Shown: positions 55,357 to 64,000 of the stretch, piece by piece | Numbering within the stretch: position 1 is the first letter of the stretch | Layout of the letters: every line of letters begins with the position of its first letter | NCBI GenBank assembly: GCA_016867815.1 | Contig: VGIR01000004.1 | Coordinates: forward strand, 488-64,487 | Direction of reading: 5' to 3' | DNA: 64,000 bases | DNA from: a candidate division WOR-3 bacterium | GTDB taxonomy: Bacteria; Hydrothermota; Tepidihabitantia; Tepidihabitantales; Tepidihabitantaceae | Made by a program: the position numbers and the translations under genes | Notes under the pieces: generated by a model | The model's database searches: none | Seen by the model: only the letters and a program-made list of their open reading frames with translations | Told to the model about the DNA's origin: nothing

Positions 55357-55384
55357 GCGCCCCGCCCGTGAGATCCGTACAGCC

Positions 55385-58300
55385 CTAGTGTATCTTAGTG
55401 GCCTTGCGGGTGAGGACTGTGCCTTCGCTCTCCATTCGCCAGAAGTAGATGCCCGGAGCCACGCTCCGGCCCGAGTTGTCGCGTCCGTCCCAAGCCAGGG
55501 TATAGGTGCCAGGGGCGAGGGACTTGGGCCCGGAGAGGGTTCGGACGAGGGTGCCGGTGACGGAGCGGACGGTGACGTTCACTCGGGTCCGGCGCGGGAG
55601 GCTGAGCCTGATGGTAGCACATCCGCGCATCGGGTCAGGCCGTGGCCGTTCCAGCGCGAGCACCCTGGGCAGGACTTGCAGTTCGGCCACGCCGGTGTAG
55701 GTCTCGACGAAGACCGAGTCATGGATTGCGTCGTTCGTCGGGTCCATGTCGGTTGCGAGCGTCGTGGCGCACAGGGTTGGGAACGTTCCGGGTGCGAAGG
55801 CGGTCCAGGCTGCGAAGTCGAGCGTGTCTGTCTGCCCGGCAGTCAGCGTGACCGACACCGTGTCAGCGAAGCCGGCGCCGACCGCGAACCGTACGTTGAA
55901 CATCTCCGCGGTGGTACCGAGATTCTCGACCACGGCCCGCGGCACAACAGTTGCGCCGGAGTCGACCGTGTCCCGCGGTGCCAGAAGTTGGGTGCAGGCG
56001 ACGTCGCGCACGCGCACGGTCACCAGACCCGGCAATGTATCGTTGGCCCGGTTGTTGTCGCCGGAAAGCGCGGTGGAACAGCGGACCCCGTTGTCGCCGC
56101 GCGCCGTCGCCGTCCACGTCGCGAAGCTCACCGAAGCTGAGTCGCCCGCCGCGAGATTGGTAACGTTCTGGGTATCCGCGTAGGCGCCGATGCGGAAGAC
56201 GACCGGGAAAGATGTCGCTCCTGTCCCGTAGTTTCTGACCCGCGCCTGCGGGTTGACCGCCGCGCCGGAATCAACGGTGTCGGTCGGCGCTACGATGGCA
56301 GTAACGCCGACGTTGAGCACTCGCACCGTCACTGCGCCGGACAGTGTGTCGTTGGTGTCGACCTGGTCGCCCGTAAGGTCGGTGGAGCAGCGCACGGACA
56401 ACAGGCCGCGCGGTGAAGCCGTCCAGTTTGCGAAGTTCACTTCAATCGAATCGCCGGGCGCAAGGTCGGTGACGGTCTGGGTGTTGGTGTAGTTCGGAAA
56501 GAGGGATACCGGTGAGGGGTTCGAGCCGGCGCCGGTACGGTTCATCCTCGCGCTGATGGATTTGTTGCCGGTGGCCGGCTCGACCGGGATGGTAGCGGCA
56601 GACGTGCCGGCGCTCCGGCCACTCTTCAGGTTCGCACCAATGGACATGGTTATCGGGAACGTCGCGGCGGTGTTGCCGTGATTCCGTACCCGGGCCTTCG
56701 GGGTGATGCTCGCACCCGAGTCGACCGTGCCGGCCGGTGCGACGATGGCCGTCACGCCGACATTGGTCACCCGTACCGCCACCGAGCCGGAGAGCGTGTC
56801 ATTGGCGCGGTGCTCGTCTCCGGCGAGCGCGGTGGAACAGCGAGTCGCATGGGTGCCGCGCTGCAGCGCGGTCCAGTTAGTGAATGAGACAAGGACCGAG
56901 TCACCGGCCGCAAGGTTCGATACAGTCTGGGTGTTGGAGTAGAACGAGCCAATACTGAAGTAGACCGGGAACGAGGCGGCGGACGATCCATAGTTCCTGA
57001 CCCTGGCCTGGGGCGTGACAGTGGTGCCCGAATCGAGCGTCCCGGTCGGTGCGACAATCGCGGTAACGCCGACGTCCAAAGTGGGCGGAGGCACGACAGT
57101 GACAAGGCCAGATAGCGTATCGTTTGTCTGCACCTGGTCATTGGCCAGGCCGGTCGAGCAGCGTTTGACATGGGTGCCAAGCTGCAGCGCGCTCCAACCA
57201 AGGAAGGTCACCTGAGCCGAGTCGCCGGCCGCGAGGTTCGTGACGGTCTGGGAGTCGGAGTAGAACGAGCCGATGCGGAAAGTGACCGGGAAAGTGGCGG
57301 CAGCCGTGCCGTAGTTCCTCACCCGGGCCTTTGGCGCAACGACCGTGCCCGAATCGACGGTGTCGACGGGCGCGGTGATCGCGAAGACACCGACATTCGT
57401 GACACGTACAGCTACCGAGCCGGAGAGCGTGTCGTTGGCGTGATTCTGGTCATTGGTGAGGTCGGTGGAGCAGCGAGTGACGTGGGTGCCGCGCTGCGTC
57501 GCGGTCCAATTGGTGAACGAGACCAGCGCCGAGTCACCAGCCGCGAGGTTGGTGACCGTCTGCGTGTTGGTGTAGAAGGAGCCGATGCGGAAGGTGGTTG
57601 GGAATGTGGCGGCGCCGGTGCCGTAGTTCCTCACCTTGGCCTGCGGGGTTACGGTCGTGCCGGAATCGAGCGTACCGGTCGGGGCCACGATTGCGGTAAC
57701 ACCGACATTGAGCACGCGCACCGTCACCGAACCGGAGAGCGTGTCGTTAGCGGGATACTGGTCGCCAACCAGCGCCGTAGAACAGCGCGTTGCGTGCGTG
57801 CCGCGTTGCGTCGCGGTCCAGTTCGTGAATGAGACAAGGGCCGAGTCGCCGGCAGCCAGATTGGTGACGTTCTGGGTGTTGGAGTAGAAGGAGCCGACCC
57901 GGAACGTGACCGGGAACGTAGCGGCGCCGGTGCCGTAGTTCCGCGCTCTGGCTCTTGGTGTCACGACCGTGCCCGAGTCGATGGTGCCGGTCGGCGCGAC
58001 CAACGCGGTCATGCCGACATTGATGACCCGCACGGTGACGGAGCCAGCCAGCGTGTCGTTCGTCTTGTCCTGGTCGCCGGTCAGCGCGGTGGAGCAACGG
58101 GTAGCGTGGGTGCCGCGTTGCGTCGCGATCCAGTTCGTGAACGACACCAGCAGGGAGTCGCCGGGCGCGAGGTTGGAGACATTCTGGGTATTGTTGTAGA
58201 AGGAACCGATCTTGAACGTGACCGGAAAGGTGACAGAACCGGTGCCGTAGTTCCTGACTCTGGCTCTCGGCGTCACGACCGTGCCCGAGTCAACCGTGCC

Positions 58301-61300
58301 GATAGGCGCGACAATCGTTGTGACGCCAACGTTGGTGACCCGCACTGTAACGGACCCCGGCAGCGTGTCGTTGGCTTTGTTCTGGTCGCCGGCGAGCGCG
58401 GTGGAGCAGCGAGTGGCGTGGGTGCCGCGTTGCGTCGCGGTCCAGTTGGTGAGCGATACCAGCACGGAGTCTCCGGGCGCCAGGTTACTGACATTCTGGG
58501 AGTTGTTGTAGAACGAACCGATCTTGAAGAAGGCCGGGAACGAAACCGCATCGGTGCCGTAGTTCCTGACTCTGGCCTGAGGCGCAACGGTCGTGCCGGA
58601 GTCGACCGTGCCGGTCGGGGCGACAATAGCTGTTACACCGACATCGGTTACTCGAACCTTCACCGTCCCGGACAGCGTATCGTTAGTGTGTACCTGGTCG
58701 CCCGCAAGTGCGGTGGAGCAGCGCGTGGTGTGCGTGCCGCGTTGCGTGGCGGTCCAGTTGCTGAACGAGACCACAGTCGAATCACCGGCCGCGAGGTTCG
58801 TCACGGTCTGGGAATTGGAGTAGAAGGAACCGATCTTGAAGAAGGCCGGGAACGAAGCCGGATCGGTGCCGTAGTTCCTGACTTTGGCCTGAGGCGCAAT
58901 GGTCGTGCCGGAGTCCACGATGCCGGTGGGTGCGACGATGGCGGTTATCCCGACATTCGTCACCCGCACCTTCACGGAACCGGACAGCGTGTCGTTGCTG
59001 TGCACCTGGTCGCCGGCGAGGTCGGTGGAGCAGCGCGTGATGTGCGTGCCGCGTTGTACTGCGGTCCATGCGGCGAACGAAACCAGGGTTGAGTCACCGG
59101 CCGCAAGGTCGGTGACGTTCTGCGAATTGGAGTAGAAGGCGCCGATGCGGAAGAAGACGGGGAACGAAGCAGGGCCGGTGCCGTAGTTCCTGACCCGGGC
59201 CTGGGGCGTGACCGACGTGCTGGAGTCAACAGTGCCGATGGGCGCGACGATTGCGGCCACGCCGACATTGGTTACGCGCACCATCACGGTGCCGGCCAGG
59301 GTGTCGTTGGCGCGGTACTGGTCGCCGGAGAGGTCGGTCGAGCAGCGCACGGACAAGAGGCCGCGCGGCGCAGCAGCCCAGTTGGTGAAGCTGACCAGGA
59401 GTGAGTCACCGGCCGCAAGGCTGGTAACCGTCTGGGTGTTGGTGTAGCCGGTGCCGATGCGCATCGTGACCGGGAAGGTGGCGGCGGACGTGCCGTAATT
59501 CTTGACGCGGGCCTGGGGTGTTACCGTCGTACCGGAGTCGACGGTGCCCGTGGGCGCGAGGATTGCGGTCACCCCGACATTGGTGACTCGCACGGTCACG
59601 GAACCGGACAGCGCGTCGTTTGTGGGGACCTGGTCGCCGGTGAGGGCGGTGGAGCAGCGGGTGGCGTGGGTGCCACGCTGCGTGGCGGTCCAGTTTGTGA
59701 ACGACACCGAGGCCGAGTCCCCGGCCGCAAGGCTCGTGACATTCTGGGTGTTGGAGTAGAACGAGCCGATGCGGAAGGTCACCGGGAATGTCGCCGCTGC
59801 CGTGCCGTAGTTCTTCACCCGGGCCTGCGGGGTGACGGTCGTACCGGAGTCGATTGTGCCCGTGGGTGCAACAATTGTGGCCACACCGACATCGGCTACC
59901 CGCACCATCACGGTGCCCGCCAGTGTGTCGTTAGTGTGGTACTGGTCGCCGGAGAGGTTGGTCGAGCAGCGCACAGACAGCAGGCCGCGCGGTGCCGCCG
60001 TCCAGTTGATGAAGTTGACCAGGAGCGAGTCGCCGGCAGCGAGGCTGGTGACCGTCTGGGTGTTGGTGTAGCCGGTGCCGATACGCAGCGTTACCGGGAA
60101 AGTGGCTGCTGCCGTGCCGCAGTTCTTCACCCGGGCCTTTGGGGTGACGACTGCACCCGAATCGACCGTGCCGGTGGGTGCGACAATCGCGGTTACGCCG
60201 ACGTCAGTTACCCGCACCGTGACCGAGCCGGCGAGCGTGTCGTTGGTGTGGTTCTGATCGCCCGAGAGGTTGGTCGAGCAGCGCGTGACGTGGGTGCCCC
60301 GCTGAGTTGCGGTCCAGTTGGTGAACGATACCAGCGCCGAGTCACCGGCCGCCAGGTTGGTTACCGTCTGAGTATTGGAGTAGAAGGAGCCTATCCGGAA
60401 GGTGACAGGGAATGTTGCCGCTGCCGTGCCGTAGTTCCTGACCCTGGATTGCGGAGCAACGGTCGTGCCGGAATCGATTGTACCGGCGGGGACGACGATG
60501 GCGTTGACACCGACATCGAGCACCCGCACCGTCACCGTACCGGGCAGCGTGTCGTTACTGCGCAGTTGGTCACCGGCGAGGGCGGTGGAGCAGCGGGTAG
60601 CGTGGGTGCCGCGCTGCACTGCGGTCCAGTTGGTGAAGCTGACCTGAACTGAGTCGCCGGCGGCAAGACTCGTCACGGTCTGCGTGTTTGTGTAGAACGA
60701 GCCGATGCGGAAAGTTACCGGGAACGTGGCCGCTGCCGTACCGTAGTTCTTCACCCGGGCCTGCGGGGTGACCACGGTGCCCGAGTCGACGGTACCCGTG
60801 GGCGCGAGGATTGCGGCCACCCCGACATCGGTGACTCGCACGGTCACGGAACCGGAAAGCGCATCGTTGCCGGGGACCTGGTCGCCGGTGAGGGCGGTGG
60901 AACAGCGGGTGGTGTGCGTGCCGCGCTGCGTAGCGGTCCAGTTCGTGAATGACACCAGGGCCGAGTCACCAGCCGCGAGGTTGGTGACGGTCTGCGAGTT
61001 GGAGTAGAAAGAACCGATCTTGAAGTAGACGGGGAAAGTCGCGGTGGATGTACCTGAGTTCTTCACGCGAGCCTGCGGTGTCACGGTAGTGCCGGAGTCG
61101 ATGGTGCCGGTGGGCGAGACAATCGCGGTCACGCCGACGTTGGTCACCTTGACCGTCACGGAACCCGATAGTGCGTCGTTGGCGAGGTTCTGGTCACTTG
61201 TCAGGGCGGTCGTGCAGCGAGTGGTGTGCGTTCCGCGCTGCGTCGCGGTCCAACTGGTGAATGACACCAGGGCCGAGTCCCCCGGCGCGAGGTTGATGAC

Positions 61301-63988
61301 ATTCTGGGAGTTGTTGTAGAAGGAGCCGATGCGGAAGGTCACCGGGAAAGTGGCGCTCACGTTGCCGAAGTTCTTGACCCTGGCCTGCGGGGTGATGGCT
61401 GCGCCGGAGTCCACCGTCCCGACAGGCGCGACAATCGCGGTAACGCCGACGTCCATCACCACAGGAATGCGCACTGTCACCAGTCCGGAGAGGGTATCAT
61501 TGCCCGGCACCATGTCGCCGGAGAGACCGGTGGAGCAGCGTTTAACGTGCGTCCCGCGCTGCAGCACATTCCAGGAGGTGAAGGAGACCAGCGCCGAGTC
61601 GCCGGCCGCGAGGCCGGTAACGGTCTGAGTGTTGTTGTAGAACGAGCCGATGCGGAAAGTCACCGGGAATGTCGCCGCTGCCGTGCCGTAGTTCTTCACC
61701 CGGGCCTGCGGGGTTACGGTTGTGCCGGAGTCGACCGTGTCGGGCGGCACGACAATCGCCCTAACGCCTACGTTGACCACGCGCACCGTCACCGAGCCGG
61801 AGAGCGTGTCGTTGCCCGGGACCTGGTCGCCGGTGAGCGCGGTGGAGCAGCGGGTGGCGTGGGTGCCGCGCTGCACTGCGGTCCAGTTCGTGAAAGAGAC
61901 CAGCGCCGAATCGCCGGCAGCGAGATTGGTGACCGTCTGGGTGTTGGAGTAGAACGAGCCGATCCTGAAGAACACCGGGAACGTCGCTGCACCGGTGCCA
62001 TGGTTCTTCACCCGAGCCTGTGGCGTGATGGCTGTCCCGGAGTCCACCGTGCCGATGGGCGCGACGATCGCCGTCACGCCGACGTTGGTCACCCGTACCG
62101 TGACGGAACCTGAGAGCGCATCGTTGCCGGGGACCTGGTCGCCCGAAAGGGCGGTGGTGCAACGGGTGGTATGGGTGCCGCGCTGCAATGCAGTCCAGTT
62201 GGTGAAAGAGACCAGCGCCGAGTCACCCGGCGCGAGGTTGGTGACTGTCTGTGTGTTGGTATAGAAGGAGCCGACCTTGAACGTCACAGGGAATGTAGCC
62301 GAACCGGTGCCGTAGTTCTTGACCCGCGCTCGCGGCGTGACGACCGTGCCCGAGTCAACCGTGCCGATAGGCGCGACAATCGCGGTGACACCGACATTGG
62401 TGACACGCACGGTGACGGAGCCAGGCAGTGTGTCGTTGGCCTTGTTCTGGTCGCCGGTGAGCGCGGTTGAGCAACGGGTAGCGTGGGTGCCGCGTTGCGT
62501 CGCGGTCCAGTTCGTGAACGACACCAGCAGGGAGTCGCCGGGCGCGAGGTTGGAGACATTCTGGGTGTTGTTGTAGAAGGAACCGATCTTGAACGTGACG
62601 GGGAACGACGCACCGGACGAGCCAAAGTTCTTGACCCGGGCTTTGGGAGCTATGACAGTTCCGGAGTCGATGGTCCCGGTGGGCGCGGTGATCTGGGTTA
62701 CACCGACATCCGTACGGATGATTCGGGCCCGGGCATACACCCCGACATTGTAGTCCGGGATGCTGACCGGCGTGTCGCTCGATATGCCGGTCGCGTTCCA
62801 CGCCAGGTGCGTGGCCGCAAAGTAGTTGATGGTGCCGGTCTTGGAATCGGAGACGTCGTCAATTGCCCGGACAAAGACTGTGTCGGTCGTGTTGTTGGTG
62901 ATGTAAGGTTCGCCTTCGGTCATGTCGAAGACGATGTTGTTGTTCGGGAACGAGCGGTCGACTCTTGGGTAGCGCCAGGTACGGAAGTTCTTCTGCCAAT
63001 TGGGGGACGAGGGACGGCCGACGCCCAGGCGGATGCCGATCTTGTCCCGGGCTGCATGGGTTATCTTCACGCGGCCGAGCATGGTTGGCGAGTAGCCGAT
63101 GAGGTCATCGAGGTAGTACCCGACCTGATGGGAGAGTACTATGTGCCGGGCCGCCACGTACGACATCCAGCAGTACCCGGACTGGCCCCAGCCCGTGCCC
63201 CAGGAATTGATGATCTTGAAGGCGCCGGTCCCGTCGTTCGTGGTCATGGTGTCGTTGTAGCCGACGATGGTTATGGCGTGGCTGCCGCGGTCGCCGCCGT
63301 AGGTATCGGCCACGCAGTACTTGTAGCCATAGTTGTGAACGTTGTCGAAATTGGAGTAGACCTCGATGCCGATGACCGTTGTATAGCCACTGTCGAGCCG
63401 CCGTTTGGCCTGCTTGATTCCGTTGGTGTCGGTCATCCAGAACCAGTGGGCGGTGCCGCCGCGGAACGGTATGGCCCGGGAATAGGCCGATTCGGATGGC
63501 CAGGATGTGTAATCGTTCTGGTTGTAAGGGCAGTCGGCCATGGTCGCGCAGCCCTGCTCATTGATGAGAGAGAAGGCGGTGGACGTACTCGACCCCAGGT
63601 CGTCGCCGCCGTTTATCTGGTTGTAGATGAACTTCGGGCTGAACTGGTGGCTGGTCTGGCCCAGGTCCCACTGGTGTTCGATCCATTCGTAGTGGGTCTT
63701 CTGGTAGTAGCCGACCGCCCACGCGGTACACGAACCCTGGGATCCCTGGTTCCCGACCGGCGGCATCTGACCGGACAAGTCAACCGATACAGCGAGGCGG
63801 GGAGGCACGCTCGGAACGATCGTGTCCTGGACCATCCACGGAACCGTGCGCGGATCCTCGCGGATCAGGCCACACGGATGCAGCTCGGGGGAATCCGAGC
63901 CACGTTGCCCCACGGCCGAACTCTGCCGGTTGGAGTTCGGCAGGGTCTGGGCCAGGACAGGGCTGAAGAGAACCGCACCAAGCAGCAT
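55385..63988 (-). CDS. Giant (2867 aa) secreted papain-family (C1A) cysteine peptidase with ~22 tandem CARDB repeats and a T9SS C-terminal sorting domain.
   Basis: Signal peptide MLLGAVLFSPVLA. C1 motifs QGSQGSCTAWAVGYY (Cys), HAITIVGY (His) and NSWGTGWGQSGYCWM (Asn). ~104-aa repeats (VGVTAIVAPTGTVDSGT.VTPQARVKNYGTAAATFPVTFRIGSFYSNTQTVTNLAAGDS.LVSFTNWTA.QRGTH..RCST.L.GDQ...ND.LSGSVTV). C-terminus ...GIYFWRMESEGTVLTRKATKIH. Confidence 0.85.
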   Translation of the reverse strand: MLLGAVLFSPVLAQTLPNSNRQSSAVGQRGSDSPELHPCGLIREDPRTVPWMVQDTIVPSVPPRLAVSVDLSGQMPPVGNQGSQGSCTAWAVGYYQKTHYEWIEHQWDLGQTSHQFSPKFIYNQINGGDDLGSSTSTAFSLINEQGCATMADCPYNQNDYTSWPSESAYSRAIPFRGGTAHWFWMTDTNGIKQAKRRLDSGYTTVIGIEVYSNFDNVHNYGYKYCVADTYGGDRGSHAITIVGYNDTMTTNDGTGAFKIINSWGTGWGQSGYCWMSYVAARHIVLSHQVGYYLDDLIGYSPTMLGRVKITHAARDKIGIRLGVGRPSSPNWQKNFRTWRYPRVDRSFPNNNIVFDMTEGEPYITNNTTDTVFVRAIDDVSDSKTGTINYFAATHLAWNATGISSDTPVSIPDYNVGVYARARIIRTDVGVTQITAPTGTIDSGTVIAPKARVKNFGSSGASFPVTFKIGSFYNNTQNVSNLAPGDSLLVSFTNWTATQRGTHATRCSTALTGDQNKANDTLPGSVTVRVTNVGVTAIVAPIGTVDSGTVVTPRARVKNYGTGSATFPVTFKVGSFYTNTQTVTNLAPGDSALVSFTNWTALQRGTHTTRCTTALSGDQVPGNDALSGSVTVRVTNVGVTAIVAPIGTVDSGTAITPQARVKNHGTGAATFPVFFRIGSFYSNTQTVTNLAAGDSALVSFTNWTAVQRGTHATRCSTALTGDQVPGNDTLSGSVTVRVVNVGVRAIVVPPDTVDSGTTVTPQARVKNYGTAAATFPVTFRIGSFYNNTQTVTGLAAGDSALVSFTSWNVLQRGTHVKRCSTGLSGDMVPGNDTLSGLVTVRIPVVMDVGVTAIVAPVGTVDSGAAITPQARVKNFGNVSATFPVTFRIGSFYNNSQNVINLAPGDSALVSFTSWTATQRGTHTTRCTTALTSDQNLANDALSGSVTVKVTNVGVTAIVSPTGTIDSGTTVTPQARVKNSGTSTATFPVYFKIGSFYSNSQTVTNLAAGDSALVSFTNWTATQRGTHTTRCSTALTGDQVPGNDALSGSVTVRVTDVGVAAILAPTGTVDSGTVVTPQARVKNYGTAAATFPVTFRIGSFYTNTQTVTSLAAGDSVQVSFTNWTAVQRGTHATRCSTALAGDQLRSNDTLPGTVTVRVLDVGVNAIVVPAGTIDSGTTVAPQSRVRNYGTAAATFPVTFRIGSFYSNTQTVTNLAAGDSALVSFTNWTATQRGTHVTRCSTNLSGDQNHTNDTLAGSVTVRVTDVGVTAIVAPTGTVDSGAVVTPKARVKNCGTAAATFPVTLRIGTGYTNTQTVTSLAAGDSLLVNFINWTAAPRGLLSVRCSTNLSGDQYHTNDTLAGTVMVRVADVGVATIVAPTGTIDSGTTVTPQARVKNYGTAAATFPVTFRIGSFYSNTQNVTSLAAGDSASVSFTNWTATQRGTHATRCSTALTGDQVPTNDALSGSVTVRVTNVGVTAILAPTGTVDSGTTVTPQARVKNYGTSAATFPVTMRIGTGYTNTQTVTSLAAGDSLLVSFTNWAAAPRGLLSVRCSTDLSGDQYRANDTLAGTVMVRVTNVGVAAIVAPIGTVDSSTSVTPQARVRNYGTGPASFPVFFRIGAFYSNSQNVTDLAAGDSTLVSFAAWTAVQRGTHITRCSTDLAGDQVHSNDTLSGSVKVRVTNVGITAIVAPTGIVDSGTTIAPQAKVRNYGTDPASFPAFFKIGSFYSNSQTVTNLAAGDSTVVSFSNWTATQRGTHTTRCSTALAGDQVHTNDTLSGTVKVRVTDVGVTAIVAPTGTVDSGTTVAPQARVRNYGTDAVSFPAFFKIGSFYNNSQNVSNLAPGDSVLVSLTNWTATQRGTHATRCSTALAGDQNKANDTLPGSVTVRVTNVGVTTIVAPIGTVDSGTVVTPRARVRNYGTGSVTFPVTFKIGSFYNNTQNVSNLAPGDSLLVSFTNWIATQRGTHATRCSTALTGDQDKTNDTLAGSVTVRVINVGMTALVAPTGTIDSGTVVTPRARARNYGTGAATFPVTFRVGSFYSNTQNVTNLAAGDSALVSFTNWTATQRGTHATRCSTALVGDQYPANDTLSGSVTVRVLNVGVTAIVAPTGTLDSGTTVTPQAKVRNYGTGAATFPTTFRIGSFYTNTQTVTNLAAGDSALVSFTNWTATQRGTHVTRCSTDLTNDQNHANDTLSGSVAVRVTNVGVFAITAPVDTVDSGTVVAPKARVRNYGTAAATFPVTFRIGSFYSDSQTVTNLAAGDSAQVTFLGWSALQLGTHVKRCSTGLANDQVQTNDTLSGLVTVVPPPTLDVGVTAIVAPTGTLDSGTTVTPQARVRNYGSSAASFPVYFSIGSFYSNTQTVSNLAAGDSVLVSFTNWTALQRGTHATRCSTALAGDEHRANDTLSGSVAVRVTNVGVTAIVAPAGTVDSGASITPKARVRNHGNTAATFPITMSIGANLKSGRSAGTSAATIPVEPATGNKSISARMNRTGAGSNPSPVSLFPNYTNTQTVTDLAPGDSIEVNFANWTASPRGLLSVRCSTDLTGDQVDTNDTLSGAVTVRVLNVGVTAIVAPTDTVDSGAAVNPQARVRNYGTGATSFPVVFRIGAYADTQNVTNLAAGDSASVSFATWTATARGDNGVRCSTALSGDNNRANDTLPGLVTVRVRDVACTQLLAPRDTVDSGATVVPRAVVENLGTTAEMFNVRFAVGAGFADTVSVTLTAGQTDTLDFAAWTAFAPGTFPTLCATTLATDMDPTNDAIHDSVFVETYTGVAELQVLPRVLALERPRPDPMRGCATIRLSLPRRTRVNVTVRSVTGTLVRTLSGPKSLAPGTYTLAWDGRDNSGRSVAPGIYFWRMESEGTVLTRKATKIH
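55900..62650 (-). repeat. Tandem ~312-bp (104-codon) coding repeat array (~21-22 units, highly similar at DNA level) inside the giant gene.
   Basis: Periodicity is visible in the plus-strand shadow ORFs spaced ~312 nt apart and in the protein repeats. One or two units carry a divergent insert. Confidence 0.8.
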
Positions 63989-64000
63989 GAGCCAACGGGC

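Noticed and set aside
55395-62801. Dozens of 60-330-aa ORFs on the plus strand and in alternative frames inside the giant gene (for example 58106-59092, 59666-60652).
   Set aside because: They recur with the 312-bp repeat periodicity of the CARDB array and are shadow ORFs.
1-64000. CRISPR arrays, rRNA, tRNA, IS elements or integrases.
   Set aside because: No 25-40-bp direct repeats with unique spacers (the heptamer arrays are far too short). No rRNA-like conserved stretches, no tRNA cloverleaf signatures, and no transposase or integrase-like ORFs were found.

Overview
This is a 64 kb, roughly 65-70% GC bacterial window. It uses sigma70-type promoters (TTGACA-N16/17-TATAAT/TAGCAT) and Shine-Dalgarno sites, and is unusually rich in secreted proteins that carry type IX secretion (T9SS) C-terminal sorting domains. 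That points to a high-GC member of the FCB superphylum, such as a Gemmatimonadota-like or related candidate lineage; this is an inference, not a database hit.

Gene content, left to right:
- 1-1932: a partial two-gene module with an ABC/OLD-type AAA ATPase (AAA_21/DUF3696-like, as in PtuA/AriA-class defence ATPases) and a downstream partner cut by the window edge.
- 2261-5444: two tandem PD40 beta-propeller secreted paralogs.
- 5611-12451: a minus-strand housekeeping block with selA, mcsB, mcsA, lolD, lolC/E and lysS.
- 12589-13407: a lipoprotein gene.
- 14121-17955: a CARDB-type T9SS cargo protein, then ruvX-mltG.
- 18013-29889: four more T9SS cargo proteins (CarbopepD_reg repeats, a C-type lectin plus arylsulfotransferase-like propeller, an unknown repeat protein, a YVTN propeller), together with a SAM methyltransferase and a large polytopic membrane protein.
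- 30950-40697: two TPR proteins, a DOMON-like protein, three tandem SurA/parvulin-type PPIases, a coiled-coil protein and a SagB/nitroreductase-like T9SS cargo protein.
- 40859-48589: two paralogous sensor histidine kinases with near-identical kinase cores, cvpA, an orphan E2-catalytic-domain acyltransferase and a sigma54-dependent response regulator.
- 48781-55097: a tightly overlapping six-gene minus-strand operon with an ABC-2 permease, an ABC ATPase, a hypothetical protein, a radical SAM/SPASM enzyme, a membrane lipid methyltransferase (PEMT/ICMT-like) fused to a PlsC-type acyltransferase, and a second radical SAM enzyme.
- 55385-63988: a 2867-aa T9SS-sorted protein with an N-terminal papain-family (C1) peptidase domain and about 22 tandem 104-aa CARDB repeats.

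Noncoding highlights:
- A family of at least 8 short palindromic elements built from 3-4 tandem heptamer/octamer direct repeats followed by their inverted counterparts (CACCAAG x3 ... CTTTGTG x3, or GTCAAGTG-type). They sit at gene junctions in the 7-17 kb block, and some overlap 5' coding sequence.
- A ~230-nt conserved noncoding element present twice (13.5 kb and 30.0 kb, about 70% identical), a candidate sRNA or leader.
- A ~950-bp ORF-free GC-rich structured region at 45.2-46.15 kb.
- Conserved GNRA-tetraloop GC hairpin terminators after T9SS cargo genes.

No rRNA, tRNA, CRISPR array or transposase was recognised. Manually derived coordinates (non-ORF-track features) may be off by 1-2 nt.
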